Shown here: piece by piece, positions 1-15,200 of the stretch | Layout: every line of letters starts with the position of its first letter | How positions within the stretch are numbered: the first letter of the stretch is position 1 | From: Cenococcum geophilum | Taxonomy: Eukaryota | Assembly: GCA_050273025.1 (NCBI GenBank) | Contig: CP158635.1 | Location: forward strand, 11,284,001-11,348,000 | Direction: 5' to 3' | DNA: 64,000 nucleotides | Program-made: the position numbers and the translations under genes | The notes under the pieces: model-generated | The model's database searches: none | Told to the model about the DNA's origin: nothing | The model's input: the letters and a program-made list of their open reading frames with translations, nothing else

Positions 1-3000
1 TTAAGCTTTAAGGGGCATAAGCCATATAAGATATATTAAAATCCTTAAGGATAGCTAAGGGAGAGACCGTACTATTATAGCTATACGATATAAATTACTA
101 CAACTCTAAGAGGACAATCTACTTCTCTATAACTCGCAAACGAAATTATAGAACACTTAAGAGGTAAATAAGTAGATAGCTTTATAAAGCCTTTCCGAAG
201 ATAAGCTTAAAGTTAGACGCGCGGAATATGCCATTTAAGTATAGATCTTTACGGGTGGCACGTACAGCAAATTTCTTAAACATTATAACTTAGTAAGACG
301 TCAATCTCTAGGCGGATTATAGCCCCGACGTTTTCCAACTCTATTTTTACCTATACCTCTATATTTTCTACTTATCCTAAATATACAACTAAGGAGAAAT
401 TACATACATAGGGGCGCCTCTAATTTCCTATCTAAAGGGAAGTAGCGGAGATAATAATAATGACTTAAAGAAGCGAATAAGTGTATAGATCGTAACGCTA
501 CAAATATTAGGTGACCTTTTTTTCATATATATAATTAGGTAGGGAATATACACCCCTACCTAATTTATTATTTTAATTTCTTATCTATGACTTATTTAGT
601 ATAGGATTTTTATATAGCCTATCGTTTCCACGCGCATTTAGCGCAGGGTATTTCGTAGAGCAAAAGGCGTAATGAGAAAGGCGTGGTATAACCACAATTT
701 TTACTAATTCTGTTAATCTTACCAAATTCTTAACTTTATTCCCAGATTCCCTAGACCACGTTTATAGGTTTTCCTACTTAGTAATATAAATACTCTATAC
801 CCGTTAATATTTATTTTTAATAAAATGATAGAAATCTAATAAGTATAATAAAATCGCAAAACTAACGTCTTTAGGTTATTAATACTTCCGTCGCTTAAAT
901 ATTTATTATACTAATAATATAAAAAGAACCCAGGAGATCTTTATATCCGCACTATACTTAAAGAATAAAAGACTATATTCGAACCCTTTTATTCCGTAAA
1001 GGTTTAACAAAAGATATTAAGCTATCTTCCTCTTAGTAGACATAAATTCTTAAGAGTAGGCTATAAAACGATTATAATAGACCTAGAAACATTATAGAAG
1101 ACGCTAAATAGAAACGCCACCTTAAATAACTAAAAGTGGCAATACGCAATTTAAGAAAAACTAAGGATTGAAGAGACAATAACTATAGAGATATACTAGG
1201 CAAAGTCCTAGCCTAGTTATAAGGGTCTTGTCAGAGAGTAATAGGAGTTAAAGGAGTTAGGGAAGATAATAGTTAACAACTATAGCCTACTAAAAGAAAG
1301 AAATTACATAAAGATATTAAAAGGGTTCTTTTATATAAGCTTATATAATACTAGTACAGATATTAAGTTGGTAAGAGCAGACTTATTTAAGTAGTATTAG
1401 TATAAAGGATTAAATAATACAGTTAACTGCTTCCTAACGGGAAATTGTATAAATAATAAATAAAATCTTATATTATACAGCCTTTAGATTAATATAAATT
1501 AATCCCAGGTTATACTTTAAAGATAATCCTACTTTATTCCCCTGGGAAAACTAAACAAAATTAAAGAAGATTTAATTGGCAGAGATTTATATTTCTAGTA
1601 GGTATCTTTCTTAAAACTAAAGCAAAGCGTAAGTTAGCTATACTAGAGGCTATATTCTTTCTTAGTAACTATTAACTTACTAATTTAATGGCTACCTAGG
1701 TCCCTTAGCTGTGGCTTAGAGTACTTATTTTTACTAAACATTATTATTAATAGCGAAATCCCTTATTCTATTATTGATTTTATACTTCCGAATTCTCCAT
1801 AGCCAATACGCCATCGGAGTTTACCCGACCAACCCTTAAATTTATTCCTTCCACCTCTTTTATACAGGTACTCTCTTTTAAGAGCTATATATATTAGTTT
1901 AGTTATAGATAACCATTATAATTAATCCCTTAAAATAAAGACCATTATTTACTTTTTACTCTACAATATTATATAAGTTTATAGCTCTTCGTCAGTAAAG
2001 TAAAAGAGCCCCCACCTATAAAGCATATCTAACTTTTTATTTTATAGATTATTTTTATCTTAAAAGTAAATAAGTAGGGCAATCTTATAGGGGATATAGG
2101 ATATACGCGCAATTATAGTAAAGACTACTCTCTTTTATATATTTTAAACTAATAGGCTAATTCTAGAGTAGCTAGCATTTAAGAGTTTTATACTATACTT
2201 AGTCTTAACTCTTTAGAATCCTTCTATAGTGTATTTTAAGAACAGCAGTGCTAGATAAAAGGGTATTTAAGACTTCAGGCTGCCCCTAGCTCTCCCATTA
2301 ATGCTTACTACTAAGAGAACGGTATAATATCTACTCCAAAAGTATAGGATAGCATTATAGGCAATATGTACTAGTTTAGAAGTTACTAGCCTAAAAGTAC
2401 GGACGGCAGTTCTAGTAGGCAGGACACTACCTCATGGAATGAGGTACAAACATAAAAAGTAAATTAAGGGAAACCAAACGTATTACTAAGAGGGAGAGGT
2501 AAGAATTCCTTCTTTTTATTAAATTACTTACTAAAAGCGCGGAGTGTTAAATATTAGCCTATTTAATAAAGGAACATATAGCAGCGATAGCAGTAACAGG
2601 CCTTGCTAGTGTTTATTTAGAATACCTTATAATGTTCAAGTTAGGAGCGTATACAGAGTATATTAGCTTTAGGATTTCTTAGGTTAATATAGACCACATA
2701 CTAACGCGGTTTAGGTAAGATTTATAGGCCTATTTAGTTTTAAGCTAACTTAAGCAGTTCTACACCTCCTATATAGATATTAACATTATAGATAAATAGA
2801 AGTAGCACTTAGCTTATAAGTTAAGAGGCGTTAATAGTGGCTATATATAATACAGCAAATAGCTATTTTACTCTAGTCTAGGGCTATAAAATTTTTATAA
2901 AGACACTCTCAATTAACGTAACGTTTAATTATACTATACTTACTAGTCTATAGCATGCTAAACTCTACCTATTTACTATACACTACTTAATTATCTCTAA

Positions 3001-3195
3001 CGTGTTAAATACTAAGATATAAATATTCTATATCTACTAAATTTAATCTATATAATTTAAAGTAAGTATCTCTATCGTTAAGCACAGCCGTATAGGAGGT
3101 ACATTAGCTGTAATCGTAATTTACTAAAACTAGGCTAGACGCTAATAACACTAAATCAATCCAGCTTGCCTTTAAGTTTCGTACTTAAGATACCT

Positions 3196-3924
3196 CTAGC
3201 TTCCTTTAAACCTAAGGTATTTTAGCGGAACCCCTATCTTGCTTATCTCTCTAATAACTGCCTTATAAAAGCTAAACCGAATCTTAATAGGACTATTTAT
3301 AAATAGGAACTCATCTATATATTCACCTTCCAGAGCTATAAATTCAATATTAAGTTCCAACACGTTGGCTTTTATAGCGTCAGAATTAAGTTCTAGAAGA
3401 CAGTAGGCGGTAATCATTACTATAATTCTAAAAAGTAGAGATTTATTAAGAAAATCTAACACCATATCTCCGGAATCTAGGGGGAAAAAGGTATAGAATA
3501 CGGTCACTAACAAACTTTTAACATTTTTGATATATTCCCCAAACCTAACTAAGGTCCTTAGTACATAGTCTCGTAGTCCTAAATAGGTAATATCCTCCCT
3601 TATAAACTTGTAAATGTGTATAATATAGCCTATATAGTCATTATAGATATATCTTTCGCCTAGGTACAGTTTGCTATAAAAAATCCAGTTAAAGAAAGCA
3701 ACTAAAAGGTATAAAGGGTAGTTCTTATAATTTAAGTCACTTATTTTAAGCTTTTTGGGGCTCCTAGTCAGCTTATTAAGAAAGCGATTACTAATACTAT
3801 ATAAAAGCGTACACGGGGTATATAATTTTATATTATTATCGCCTACGCTATTAGTATAAATGGTAATAATATTAAAGTTATAGCTCTTAGTTGTAAGTAA
3901 GTCTTTCTTTATATTAAATTCCAT
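3196..3924 (-). pseudogene. RIP-mutated BTB/POZ-like domain protein (longest surviving ORF)
   Basis: The 242-aa ORF is skewed to I/Y/K/N, as expected from RIP. The segment 'IITIY...VG...LLYSISNRF...LLVAFFNWIF...LVRFGEY' resembles fungal BTB domains. Confidence 0.4.
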
Positions 3925-4077
3925 AGCTAAAAACTTACCTATAGAATGTAGTGAAAATTAGATCTAGGTAGTTAACCATTTTTAGGCTAATGTATATGCT
4001 TTTAGGTATATTCTTATAGCAGAATCCCTAAGGATCTCTATATTATTAATAAGCTAATAAGATAGGAATGGCTATAA

Positions 4078-4170
4078 CTACCTCGCCTACTTACCTACTC
4101 ACCTACTTACCTACTTACCCGCCTTACCTACCTTATCTACCTTATCTACCTTATTTGCCTCACCTACCCC
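4078..4170. repeat. Degenerate 8-9-bp tandem repeat (CCTACTTA / CCTTATCTA type)
   Basis: cctcgcctacttacctactcacctacttacctacttacccgccttacctaccttatctaccttatctacc is directly visible. Confidence 0.75.
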
Positions 4171-7100
4171 TCTACCTAAGATAATAAGTACAGCAAGCTT
4201 TGTAATTTAGTTTCCGAAGCTTATTTAATGGGCCTTGCGAGGGTTAGCTCCTCCGAGCTAGTGAGGGTTTTCTCTTAGGTGGTCGCGGACCACGACTATG
4301 CCGCGTATGGGCTAGGATTGCACGAGCCGGGCCAGATCAGCCAGATCCCTTGCAGCTAAGATTATCCCCTATTTATAAGCGCAGACTCCATCTAACCTGC
4401 ATTACATTAACGCCAGCTCCCTACTAAAGCTTTTCTACACTTTATAAAGTACCTCTACCGCATATTAGACGTGGTGGCGCAGAGTAGGATATTAAGGGAG
4501 AATCGGTGATTGCGTGCTATTACCTAACACTAAGCGACGCCCGTTAATTACGCTATTTTATATTACTAGACGTTTTTTAGCTGTTTATGTTGTTGCTCCT
4601 ATACTAGAGGTTTATAACATTTATCTAATAACCTATATTACTTATTTATAAAAATGTTATAAGGGAAGCTCTTATTAAACAATTAAATACTTAAGGGGCA
4701 GTTACCAAATATATAACGCTACGCTCGGTACTTAACCAGCTCTTAGTAATTCTATTAACCTTTTAATTTATAAAATGGCTTTCCAACCGTCTTTTAATAA
4801 TAGTAATGCACCTATATATATCACCGACGTAGAGAATATTATTAGTTATTAATATTAGTAAGTATTTTAATATCTCCTTACCCCCCTAAATCCTCTAAGC
4901 GACCCCCTAACTTATTCGTCATAGAATATATCTATTAACAGCTTAATTACGCGGAACTTCTTATACCCTAACGTTAGTGGGAATAGTAAGGCATCTAGTT
5001 AAACTTTTAAAAATTAAGATTAAGAGTTATATACTCCTACTCTATATATAGAAAGTCTAGAGGATAAGTTAGCGGTTAAAAGGGTATATATACCCCTATA
5101 AAGTGTTTTCCTTATCTAATAAGCGGTAACTATAGAAGGAAAGGGCAGCCTTATAGTAAAAGGTAGAGAAACTAAAAAGTATAGAGGCGGAGCTTATAGC
5201 TTTATAGGTATATATACCCTCCAAACTATTTTTTTAATTTAGTTAATAGAGTAGCAACTATAGAAATAAGGTAAAACCCTAGAGTAAAGGGTTAAAATAA
5301 TAGAGGACGCCATAAAACTATTAGTTAAGGTTACGTTTAAAATATATCTTAAGGGAGATAAGGTATAATATATCCTCCTAGCGTAGTATAAACTATCTAA
5401 CCCAAAAGTCTAGGTTGCTGTAAGTCTTATTAAATGCTATAATAGTCTATTAAGAGACAAGCGGTAAGTTTTAGTAAATAGTAAGTATTTAAGCAGCTGT
5501 TATTCCTATTAGATTATAGGACGCTAAAAGTTAGTCTTTAAATTACTTTAGCAAATAAATAGTAGATAGGTTGTACTTACATTAGCGACTATTACTTTTA
5601 CCTTAAGAGAATGCCTTAGTGGCAGCATTTAGTTCTAATAATCTATTTAAGGTATAAGAGCGTTATATAGCTTAGCTAATCGTTATAGTTACGCATTACG
5701 TAAACTGCCCTTTTATAGTTTGGCGCGCCCTTATCTTTTAACCTAACATCAACACCCTAAGCTCCATCGCGCTTTCCGCTACCACTATCTCCCCCCTAAA
5801 CTTTCCCTTATCTCTTCCCTAGCCGCATTACTTTATAAGGCCAATTAATAACATTTACTGCCCTAACTACCACTTTAAGATTTTATACTAATAATACTTA
5901 TAGGCGCATGGCAGTCTCTTAAATAATCCCTTCTCTCCTACTTCTACGGCCCCTCTTCTCTAAATTTTCTCTACACGTTTTGCTCCGGCTTTACCTTTAT
6001 TACTTTTAACCATTTTAGTTAAATACGCGCCTTAGTTATTATTATGCTCTTCTAGAATTAGGGTTTTACTATTAGGCCTAACTTTTTAGCATTAGCTTTA
6101 GTTACTCCGGGGAAAGCCAAAAACTAAGCTATATAGAAGCTAGAGTATAAATTCGGCGCTAGAGCTACAAAAGATAGCCAGTCTTAGCAGCTATATTAAT
6201 AATATGGCTATATAGTACCAATATTTCCAGCTTAATAATTAATGCGCCTCTATTTTAACTAGCACATATATAAAAGGAGTATAGGCCGCCGCTACCTTGC
6301 TGCTCGTATAGAGTTTAATAGCTATGTTAGCTGCCATTAACCAATCTCCTAGCTAGCCTTAGTAACCTATTAAAGTCTACCTTATCCTTTCGTATACGTC
6401 CTAATAGGTTATACCTTGCCAAACTTAACGGAAATCGTCCCTAGATAAATGGCGGGCGCTATAGGTAGTTGTCAACCTACTAACTCTATCCTTTGCGGCA
6501 TTTGAATAGATCTTATATCTATAGCGCCGTATTTACCCTCCCTACTATAATAGGAAGATTGGCATGTAAGAGTAGTATTAGATTTACCGTCTACCTCTTA
6601 AACTACGGAGGATTTAAAGTATTTATCTAGCTAAAATGTCTAGAAGTCTATTATTTAGGATTATTACTTATAGAACGGACTTCCCCTTACAATTAGTTAG
6701 ACGGTACCTATATTAGCCCTTTTACTAGCCCGTTATTCCTTTAGTCCCTATATAGCACGAACTAAGATTCCCTATTTATAAGGCGGAGTAAGAGAAGTAG
6801 GTGTATTAGTATTAGCTAAACTTATACCAATAGCTATAAGACGCTAGAGGGGGGCTCCGTAGCTAAAAATTTAACAAGGGCATTATCTCTATTTAAACCA
6901 TTATATTCCCTCCTATATTATATTCTATACCCCTTATATCTATATCTTAGTATCTACCTAGGCTTTAATTTCCGCTATTAATTATATACCTTTAAGCTTT
7001 CGTCTTTAAACTATCTCTCCCAGTTTCCGTCTAGCAAGTCTCCCTACTAAAGAGCCTACGCACCTCCTTTTATTGCTCTAAAAGTAGATTACGGCCTAGC

Positions 7101-9543
7101 TCTAAAGGTAACTAAAGGAGACGGCATAATCTAGAGCTTAGAACGTAGGCATATATTAAATACCTAGATAATTAAATACGCTAAGTTGTTCTAACTTTAG
7201 AAACAGGATAAGTACCCCTTTACAACGCTTAGCCTATATATTACGCCCTTAAGCAACTAAATTTATCCATTTTTTAAAAATCTAAATAATAACACTTCTT
7301 ATTACGACTTAGCTTTATTATATATAAAGCAAAGTAAGCACTATATAAAACATTTAGAAGACCTATACTAACACCTTTAGGTAATAAAGCGGCTTATTAC
7401 TTTTATTATCTTCCAACCTATCCTCCTACTTATTAAACGGCGCACGAATATCTAGCCTTTCCTTAACCACCGCATCTAAAACTTTAATGTCTACCTTAAA
7501 GCGGCCACTATCTCTGGCTAGAAACTTGGGAAAGTAATAATATATAATACTAGACAACCTAAAGACGATTATACTACTTTATAGTTATTCTTCTAGGATA
7601 ATACTGCCGCGCAGTACCCTTTACAGTTTGGTATACACTATTGGAAAATATAAAGTTACTAGGGATTCTAAGCTTACACCACCGCAATTTATTAAATTAA
7701 AAATAGCAGCGAATTTAAATATAGGGGATAAGTAGAGCTAGTTAATTTGTAACAATTTTTATACCTACTTATTATTTTATATATATTAGCGCTTAATAAA
7801 AATAAGATCTACCCTATACTGGGCCCCCTATATCTGCCATATCGCGATTATTTAGATAAATGCTAAGAGCTATAATAAAAGATAAATCTCTATATTTTAT
7901 AGGGTAATCCTTAATATTAAACCTAGCCCTCCTAGTAATATTTTTACTCTAAAATATAAATGATTTAGCCATACTACTAGAATAAGACTTAGCCCGCTTT
8001 ATATATATATCTAGCAGCAATATCCTATAACTATAGGCCTAATAAGTCCCAAGTACGGCAAGTATATTAACTTTAAATTTACTCCCTTTAAAGTACCTAT
8101 ACCAAATTAGTTAAAAGTATTAGACTTCTATATAACATATACTTAGATTTTATAGCTTCGGTTTACATACGGTATAACTTAAGCGCCCCTATATCTCTGT
8201 CTTTACTTAGGCTTTAAACGTCTTCTTTAAGGTATTTAAGATAAGCTATTAACTTTATTAGCGAATTATTTAATATTAAGTAAGGTTTACATATACCTTC
8301 ATCGCTATTAAATAAGGACTCTTCTTTTAAGCCGCTTACTATTGCGATACTAATAATAACCCTGCCATCCTTTCTTGCGCGGAGGCATCTCTAGGGAAAA
8401 GTTTTTAGAAACTCTTCTTATTCACTTAGATTATAAAAATCCTCTAAAATAAAAATTAGATTATAGTTTAAGAATACGTTAAGAATTTAAAGCTTAAAGT
8501 ATCTTAGGGGGCCCCTAGGGCATTTATTATAGCTTAGCCGCTATAATTAAAATACTAGGGAATTGGAGAGCCCTCCTATACAGATAAATAGTAGATCTTA
8601 TAGATCATCTAACGTAGCTAGGCGAACACTGCTAGAGTAGAGCGTTCTATCTATAGTGACCTTAAGAGCGCATTCCATAATCCTTAAAAACCCCCTAGTA
8701 TCCTCTATATCGTAGCCTTCTTTACAAATATCTATATATGCTTTAAAGCTTTCCGCTATAACCTATATCCTAAATAGAGGAGTTTTATTACTAATCTTAC
8801 TATAAGTGCACTAAATAAGCTTTAAAAGACTTGTTATAAGGCCCTACGCCTCTTAGGGGTTCTTTTTATTTAGTATCCCTATTAAAAGGTCGTATATTTC
8901 CCCTAGTTAACACTTAAAGAGCTAGCAAGAGAACTATTTATAATTAGTATTTAAGAGACCATCTTTAGATACTATGGCCTGCGCCTTTATAATGGAATAT
9001 TAGTCTATACTTAAACTACTACTTTAACTGCTAGACGTACTATTCTTCCTTTTAGGTTATAAAATAGTTAGACTTTAAAGGGGTAAGGTAATAGACTATA
9101 AACTTAAGGATGGTTATTAGTATAACCTTATTAACTATAAATTATTATAAGTATAGAACGGTTTACTAGCAAAGTAGCTAATACTTTAGTATAGGATGCG
9201 TTAGGTTATACACGTCTCCTTTATATCTCCTTTTATTCTTACTTATCCCAACTAATATACCCTAATCTTCCTAGCAATTACCGCACTCCACAACTACTAT
9301 AATAGTCCCGTAATTATATCTACGGTCATAGCCAGGAATTTTAATAAAGTGGATTAGATTTAGCGATTAGTCTTTATAGGTATAATGAGGAGCTACTTAG
9401 CCTTAGGTATATTAGTGTGCCTAGACTTTATAGCCTCCTTAAACGTCCTCCACACTACCTATTTTAGGGTATATCTTCCTCTACCTTTAATAGGAGTAAA
9501 ATAATGTGCATTAAAAATCTAAGATCATCTAAGATTATCCTCT

Positions 9544-9639
9544 AAGATTAACTCCCCGTCTTCCTCTAAAACCAACTCCCTGTCTTCCTTTAAGACCAAC
9601 TCCCCGTCTTCCTCTAAGGCCATCTTCCTATCTTCTCCT
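9544..9639. repeat. 24-bp tandem repeat x4, probably an acidic repeat (EEDGELVL) in a minus-strand pseudogene
   Basis: Units: aagattaactccccgtcttcctct / aaaaccaactccctgtcttccttt / aagaccaactccccgtcttcctct / aaggccatcttcctatcttctcct. Confidence 0.75.
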
Positions 9640-11879
9640 ATAAGGAACTTTAATAGATCCGACCCCTAATACTACTCCCCTTAAGAAATCTAACAATCTA
9701 TAATAAAAAGGTTATCTATTAGTTCCTCTAAAAGGATGCTGATTATATAATAGTCTAAGCCATTTCTAAGTAAAGTAAAGGTTAACAGTTTACCGCGTAA
9801 TCCCTAGCACTTAACCTATTTTAAGAGGTTAATTACTAACTAAAGCTATCGCATAGTTCCTGGTTTATAGCTACCTTAATTAGTGTTATCTATTTCGTTA
9901 ATGCAATACCTAGCAGCATTCTTTACTTAATTAAGGAGAGTTTTCGCCTCTTCTTTTTATATATAATGACCCCCGCCCAAGTATTCGGATATAGCTTTAA
10001 CGACCGTTATAATTAATATATATCCACTACTATAACCACTAATCCTAGGTAATAATCCTTAATTAATAATAATAACTAGTATCTCTGTCTAAGTGACGAT
10101 TAAAGGCAGATAGTGCGGAGTAGGAAAGGAAGCTCAAGATAGAGCTGGCGTAGGAGGTAGAGTAGGAGGTAGAGTAAGAGACGCAGAATTATACGAATTA
10201 GATATAATTAACTTAACTATTATACCACTTAGGTAGTTAAAGTATACTAAGAGAACGAGTGCACCTTATTAATCCTTAAGCTGGTACCGATCTTATTCTA
10301 TAGCCCTGATTATATTCGTGTCCGTGTCCCTACAGAGCCAGTATAAGGCGTAGAGAATGGCCCTGCGTATGCCCTAGAATAGTAGTAAGATATAGCTCTT
10401 ATACCGAGTTTAAGTCAATATACCTCAATAGGGTAGTATAAGTTTATAGGTAACACAACCCGTAATAGAGTATTATTAACTATAAGGGTAAAAAATAGGG
10501 GCGACACCACGATTCTTATAACCTTGCCTAACTTCCTTTTCTCTATACACCTTATTATAAATAGTCCCCAAGCGTCTGGCGGAATGATCCTTCCCTTCCT
10601 ATCCTCTAAATGGAATTTGTAATTCAGAATAGCATTATAAGTTTGTGGATTTTTAAACCCTTTTAATATAGTATTTCGCAGCGTCTAAATATAGTAAATG
10701 TAAGCACCAGAAATATCTAGCTAGTTATACCTTATATATAAGGCACAAGATAATCGGATAAAGGAAATAATTGCCATACTGGTCGATAAGAGAAACATCA
10801 ACGACCATTCCGTATCAGTAGGGCCTAGTAGGGCTTATAGCGTGCCTAAGTCCTTAGAAGCCCCTATAAAAGCAACGTACGTCAGAGAGGATTTTAAAGG
10901 CATCCTATTAGAGATATAAAGGCCAGAAGGCTATTAAAAAGGAAGAGTAGTTTTCATTTTCTATTAGAGCTAATAAAGTGTTGCTTAACCTAACAGAATA
11001 AATCTAAGGCCGAGGAACTCTCTATTATATCTAAATTCAACCCTATCTAATAGCAAGTATAATTATAGGCTAAGCCGGCTAACCCTTCCCCTTTTCATAC
11101 ATATTAAAAGCAAGCTACTATTCTACTAAGACATCTAACACCCCTATCCAATCTACACATTCTAGAAAAGCTATAATTAGTAAATATTATAGCTCCTTAT
11201 AGGGAATGTAAGGATATAAAGGCGGGCTTATATACTTATTACGGTTAACACGCCATATTTAGCAATCCGGGTTTACAAAGACACGTCACCCTACCTAGAC
11301 GCTTTATACGCGAGAAGGGCTAGTATCTTAAATCCTAGTAGTTTTATAGGCTTAGCTCGCAAATTAATAACGATAAAAAAAGTAAACTAAGAACTGGTAT
11401 GCTATATAATAACAATATTAAGCCAGCCTTTATAAAGCTATAATGGGCCTACTCCTTAGGCCTTACCTAATTTAATAATATAAATACACCTGCCATAATA
11501 ACAGTAAAGAAACAACCTACATAACTAGCGATAAGAAAAACCTACGGCTACTATAAATAAACGAACTTTAGAGACTCCGTAAAATAGATATTTCAAGTAA
11601 TAGTAGAACAGCTAAATATCACTACGGGTATAAAAATTAGAACTATAATACCAGCAAGGACAAAAGTGGGATCTATATAGTATTAGGCCTAATACTATAG
11701 AAATAGGGTAAATATTATAAGTGTGGGAGAATATAAGGTAGGAAAAATTAGCGAGGCATTAGGGCAACGGGGCAACTTATAGTTAACATACACCTCCAGC
11801 CACTAGGGTACAATTCTCTATATACCCCCAAGTTTCCATCCTCCCCTTATAATGCTATTAAAATTCAGATATATTTAAT

Positions 11880-12270
11880 TAGGAACTTCCCTCTTTAGAA
11901 GCTAACGCCAGCTTCCCCAGTAAAGAGATAGTAAGCACTTCTTTTCTTTTCTTAGAGCTTAGTGCCATAAAGGTAAAGCCGTACTAAACTTAATAGTTAT
12001 TAAAGCAACCTATTAATCTTTATTAAGGCGTTAAAGGTTTCTATACTTTCTCTTAAATAGGTATCCCCTCTTATAGGGGATTGCGATCGCCAAAGGCTTA
12101 CGGGCATTATAGTGGCGTCCTACTATATAGGAATAAGTACAAAAGAGAGTATTTATAGGGGTACTTAAAGTTATGTAAAGGACGCCACTAAGAACGCTAA
12201 TATAGCCATAGCTACATTAGCGCTCTTAATGGCGCCCTTCGCTCTTAAACTAGGTTAACTCTATACCTCG
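11880..12270 (-). pseudogene. Small hypothetical gene relic, paralog copy 1 (copy 2 at ~16173-16600)
   Basis: Direct similarity to 16173-16600 (e.g. aagagatagtaagcactt...gttattaaagcaacctatt...cttaaataggtatc). The minus frame reads DTYLRESIETFNAL...LSLYWGSWR.LLKREVP. Confidence 0.55.
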
Positions 12271-15200
12271 CTACAAACCTATTCCTCTTCTTACTTAAAG
12301 AGATGCAAAGTTTATTAAATATATTTATGCCCCTAATCCCCCTAAACGACGGCGATCACTAAAAGGAGAATCTACTACTATAACCACTACTACAATTTAC
12401 CGACTAGTATATAAATAAACCACTAAAAGACCTCTAGAGTTAATACTAAACCCCAAAAGCAATTAAAAGTAAGCAGCTATATAGCTCGCACCTTTCTACA
12501 CCTACTAACCCTATAGGCATCCCGTACCTCACGTTTAACCATATACACCTCCACCGCCTATTTAATCCGCAGCCTTCCTACTTACTAGTCGCAGCTTATT
12601 TATACCCAATTAGTCTTCTATAGGTATTTAGTACAGAGGAGTAAGATTAATAATGAAAAATGCCCTAAAACCTACCGTAATATTCCAAAAAGGGTAACTT
12701 AGCTAAACTGCCCCTTAATACATCTAAACGCTATATAGAGTACTCTTACATAACATAAATAGGCTTTTCGCGTAGCCCATTAAAGGAGTTATCTATAATA
12801 CTCTCCACCAACTATTAGCCGCTATAGCAATATCATAGCTTCTTATTACTAGAAACAGCCTTCCCACCTACTAAAACTACCGCTTTACTACGTTAGCTAA
12901 AGAGCCCAATTTCCAGACTTTTCTTTTGGTCTATAACTTTAAGAGCAACTAGGAGGTATTAGCAGTAATAATTAAGTCGTACTAGGTAAGGTCTTCTTCC
13001 CTAACCCTAAACGCTTTATATTTACACTTTATAGCAAGCTGCAACATTTTAATTATACGGCTTATTATCTGCTATTATAACAATCCCTAAAAACTTCTCT
13101 AATGTCCTAAGCGCGGCAATTAAGAGCGCTATAAAATACAATTTAAATATACCGCAGCACTATTTACTATATATATTTAGATAGCAGCAAAATTCTAGCA
13201 GCGGGAAGGAAAATGCAATTTGCTATTATTTTCTAAAGTGGGCCTTTAAACAGAAGAAGTAAAAAGCGTAGATTAGTACTAGTGGGAAGCCTATACTATT
13301 AGCTATTAGAAACTAGGGTAGACTTACCTAAAGTCCATAAGAAGGCAATTTTATTATATAGTGGGAGTAATACCAAATAACCGGAGGGCTAATAAACACT
13401 TTCACCTAAGCCTATATTTAGATGGTTCTTATCTATAAGTATTTTATCCGTATATTATTATATATCTACTCTTTTCTAGTGCTTAGAGCATACTTTAAAG
13501 TGCATCTAGCTTACTTAAGTACCATTATCATCTAATAAATTAGCCGCGAGACCTCCTTTGGTGACCTCCTAATAATAAGCATACTAGCTATGCGCATTTA
13601 CCCCACTTTATATAGTTACATTTATCTCATAGCGGCTTTAAGCCATCCCTAACCTTTATTGCTTATTAATTATCTTACACTCTGTTACTATCTAGAGCAT
13701 AACTAGAAGCAAGCGGTATTTGTCCGTTTATAGCCTCTAAATATACATCATGGCACCCTCCTATTTATAGTCTCGGCTTAACGCCTCGCATATAGGCATT
13801 TACCGGTCTTTGTTATCCGCAGCAACTATATTATACCGCATACTCCTATTAGGAAACTATAAGACAGTATACGTGTCTACAATACCAGGTTGGAGATAGG
13901 GACCGTATTTAGTTAATCTAGCCTAACCCGCATACGTATAAATAGGCTCTTTAAACCCTCCTTAGCATCTAGCTTTAATTATATAAGACCTTTATCTCTG
14001 TCGCCTTGAAAATTATCTTATTATTCTACCGAAATCACCATTACCCCTCTTAATACAATGGATTCTACCGCAAATGAGTAGGTATTAGGCGTTGCGAGCC
14101 ATAAGAAGTTTATTGCGTCTGAAAATTATAAAACATTTAAGGATAAAGAGATTTTATCCCTAAAAGTAGGGCCCCTACTTATCTAATATAGAGGATAAAA
14201 TCCTAATATTATAGATTACAGAGGTATCTAATATAAATTTTACTACCTATCTCGTAGATATAAAGGTAACCCTTTAAGAAACCAAGTATTAAGTAACCCT
14301 TACTATTAATAAAATATGTATAAGCCAAGGTGCGGAGCTCTTAGTTAATATAGTAGAGGGTTCCACTTTTAATATTCCTACAGAACCTACGTTGCGAAAA
14401 GCTTATCTCGCTAGTTTTATAGCATACGGCTAAACCCTATAGAGGGTTTATAAGAGGCAACTTAAAAATATATATTCCAAAGGGAGACTATATAGGGAAG
14501 TAGTAGTCCAGTATTTAGTGGGTTTCCTTATAGTATTAACAGTTGGTAAATATCTTGCCTTCTAGAGCTATATAGCGGGGAACTATTAACAGATAGATAT
14601 CGTATAGATACTTAAACTAAACCTTCTACTAACAGCCTATATTTCGCCCACTACAATTTAGTTACTTAATATTCTTTATTTAATGTTAACTAGCCTAGTA
14701 GCGGCGCAGAGTAGGTCTCTAATTAGATTACCTCCCCGCTACCTTATAGCCTATATATCATTCTATCGCCGCCTTTTTGGCAAAGGTTAGTCTATTTAAT
14801 ACTAGCATCTATTATCTAGTTAGCCCTACTATTATTATATATAATTACATTTAAGCCCACTATAAGCGTACCCACTATCTCCGCTATATAGGAAGATCGC
14901 TTCCCGCCCTAAAAGGTAAACTTACTTTAGGGAGTTATATACCTCAAGGGACAAACCGCTTACCCATTCTTAAATTATCGCCATAAAAAAGCTCCTTTAA
15001 TGCACAGCGCTATCTTATATAAGCTTCGACCATACTGCTTAAACGGGCGAGGAAATATAAATAGGGTAAAGATCGAGCGCACCATATAGAACCTTAGCAG
15101 CAGTTTAAAGCTTTAGAGATATTTTCTGCAAAGTAAAAGCAAGCAGTAAAGAGAAACTTAATATAGCCGCAAAGATATCCACTATAGCCAGCGCTCCTTT

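Noticed and set aside
5400..10050. Long minus-strand relic frames considered as a Starship captain (DUF3435) or DUF3723
   Set aside because: No tyrosine-recombinase or DUF3723 motifs were recognised by eye, so they are left unassigned.
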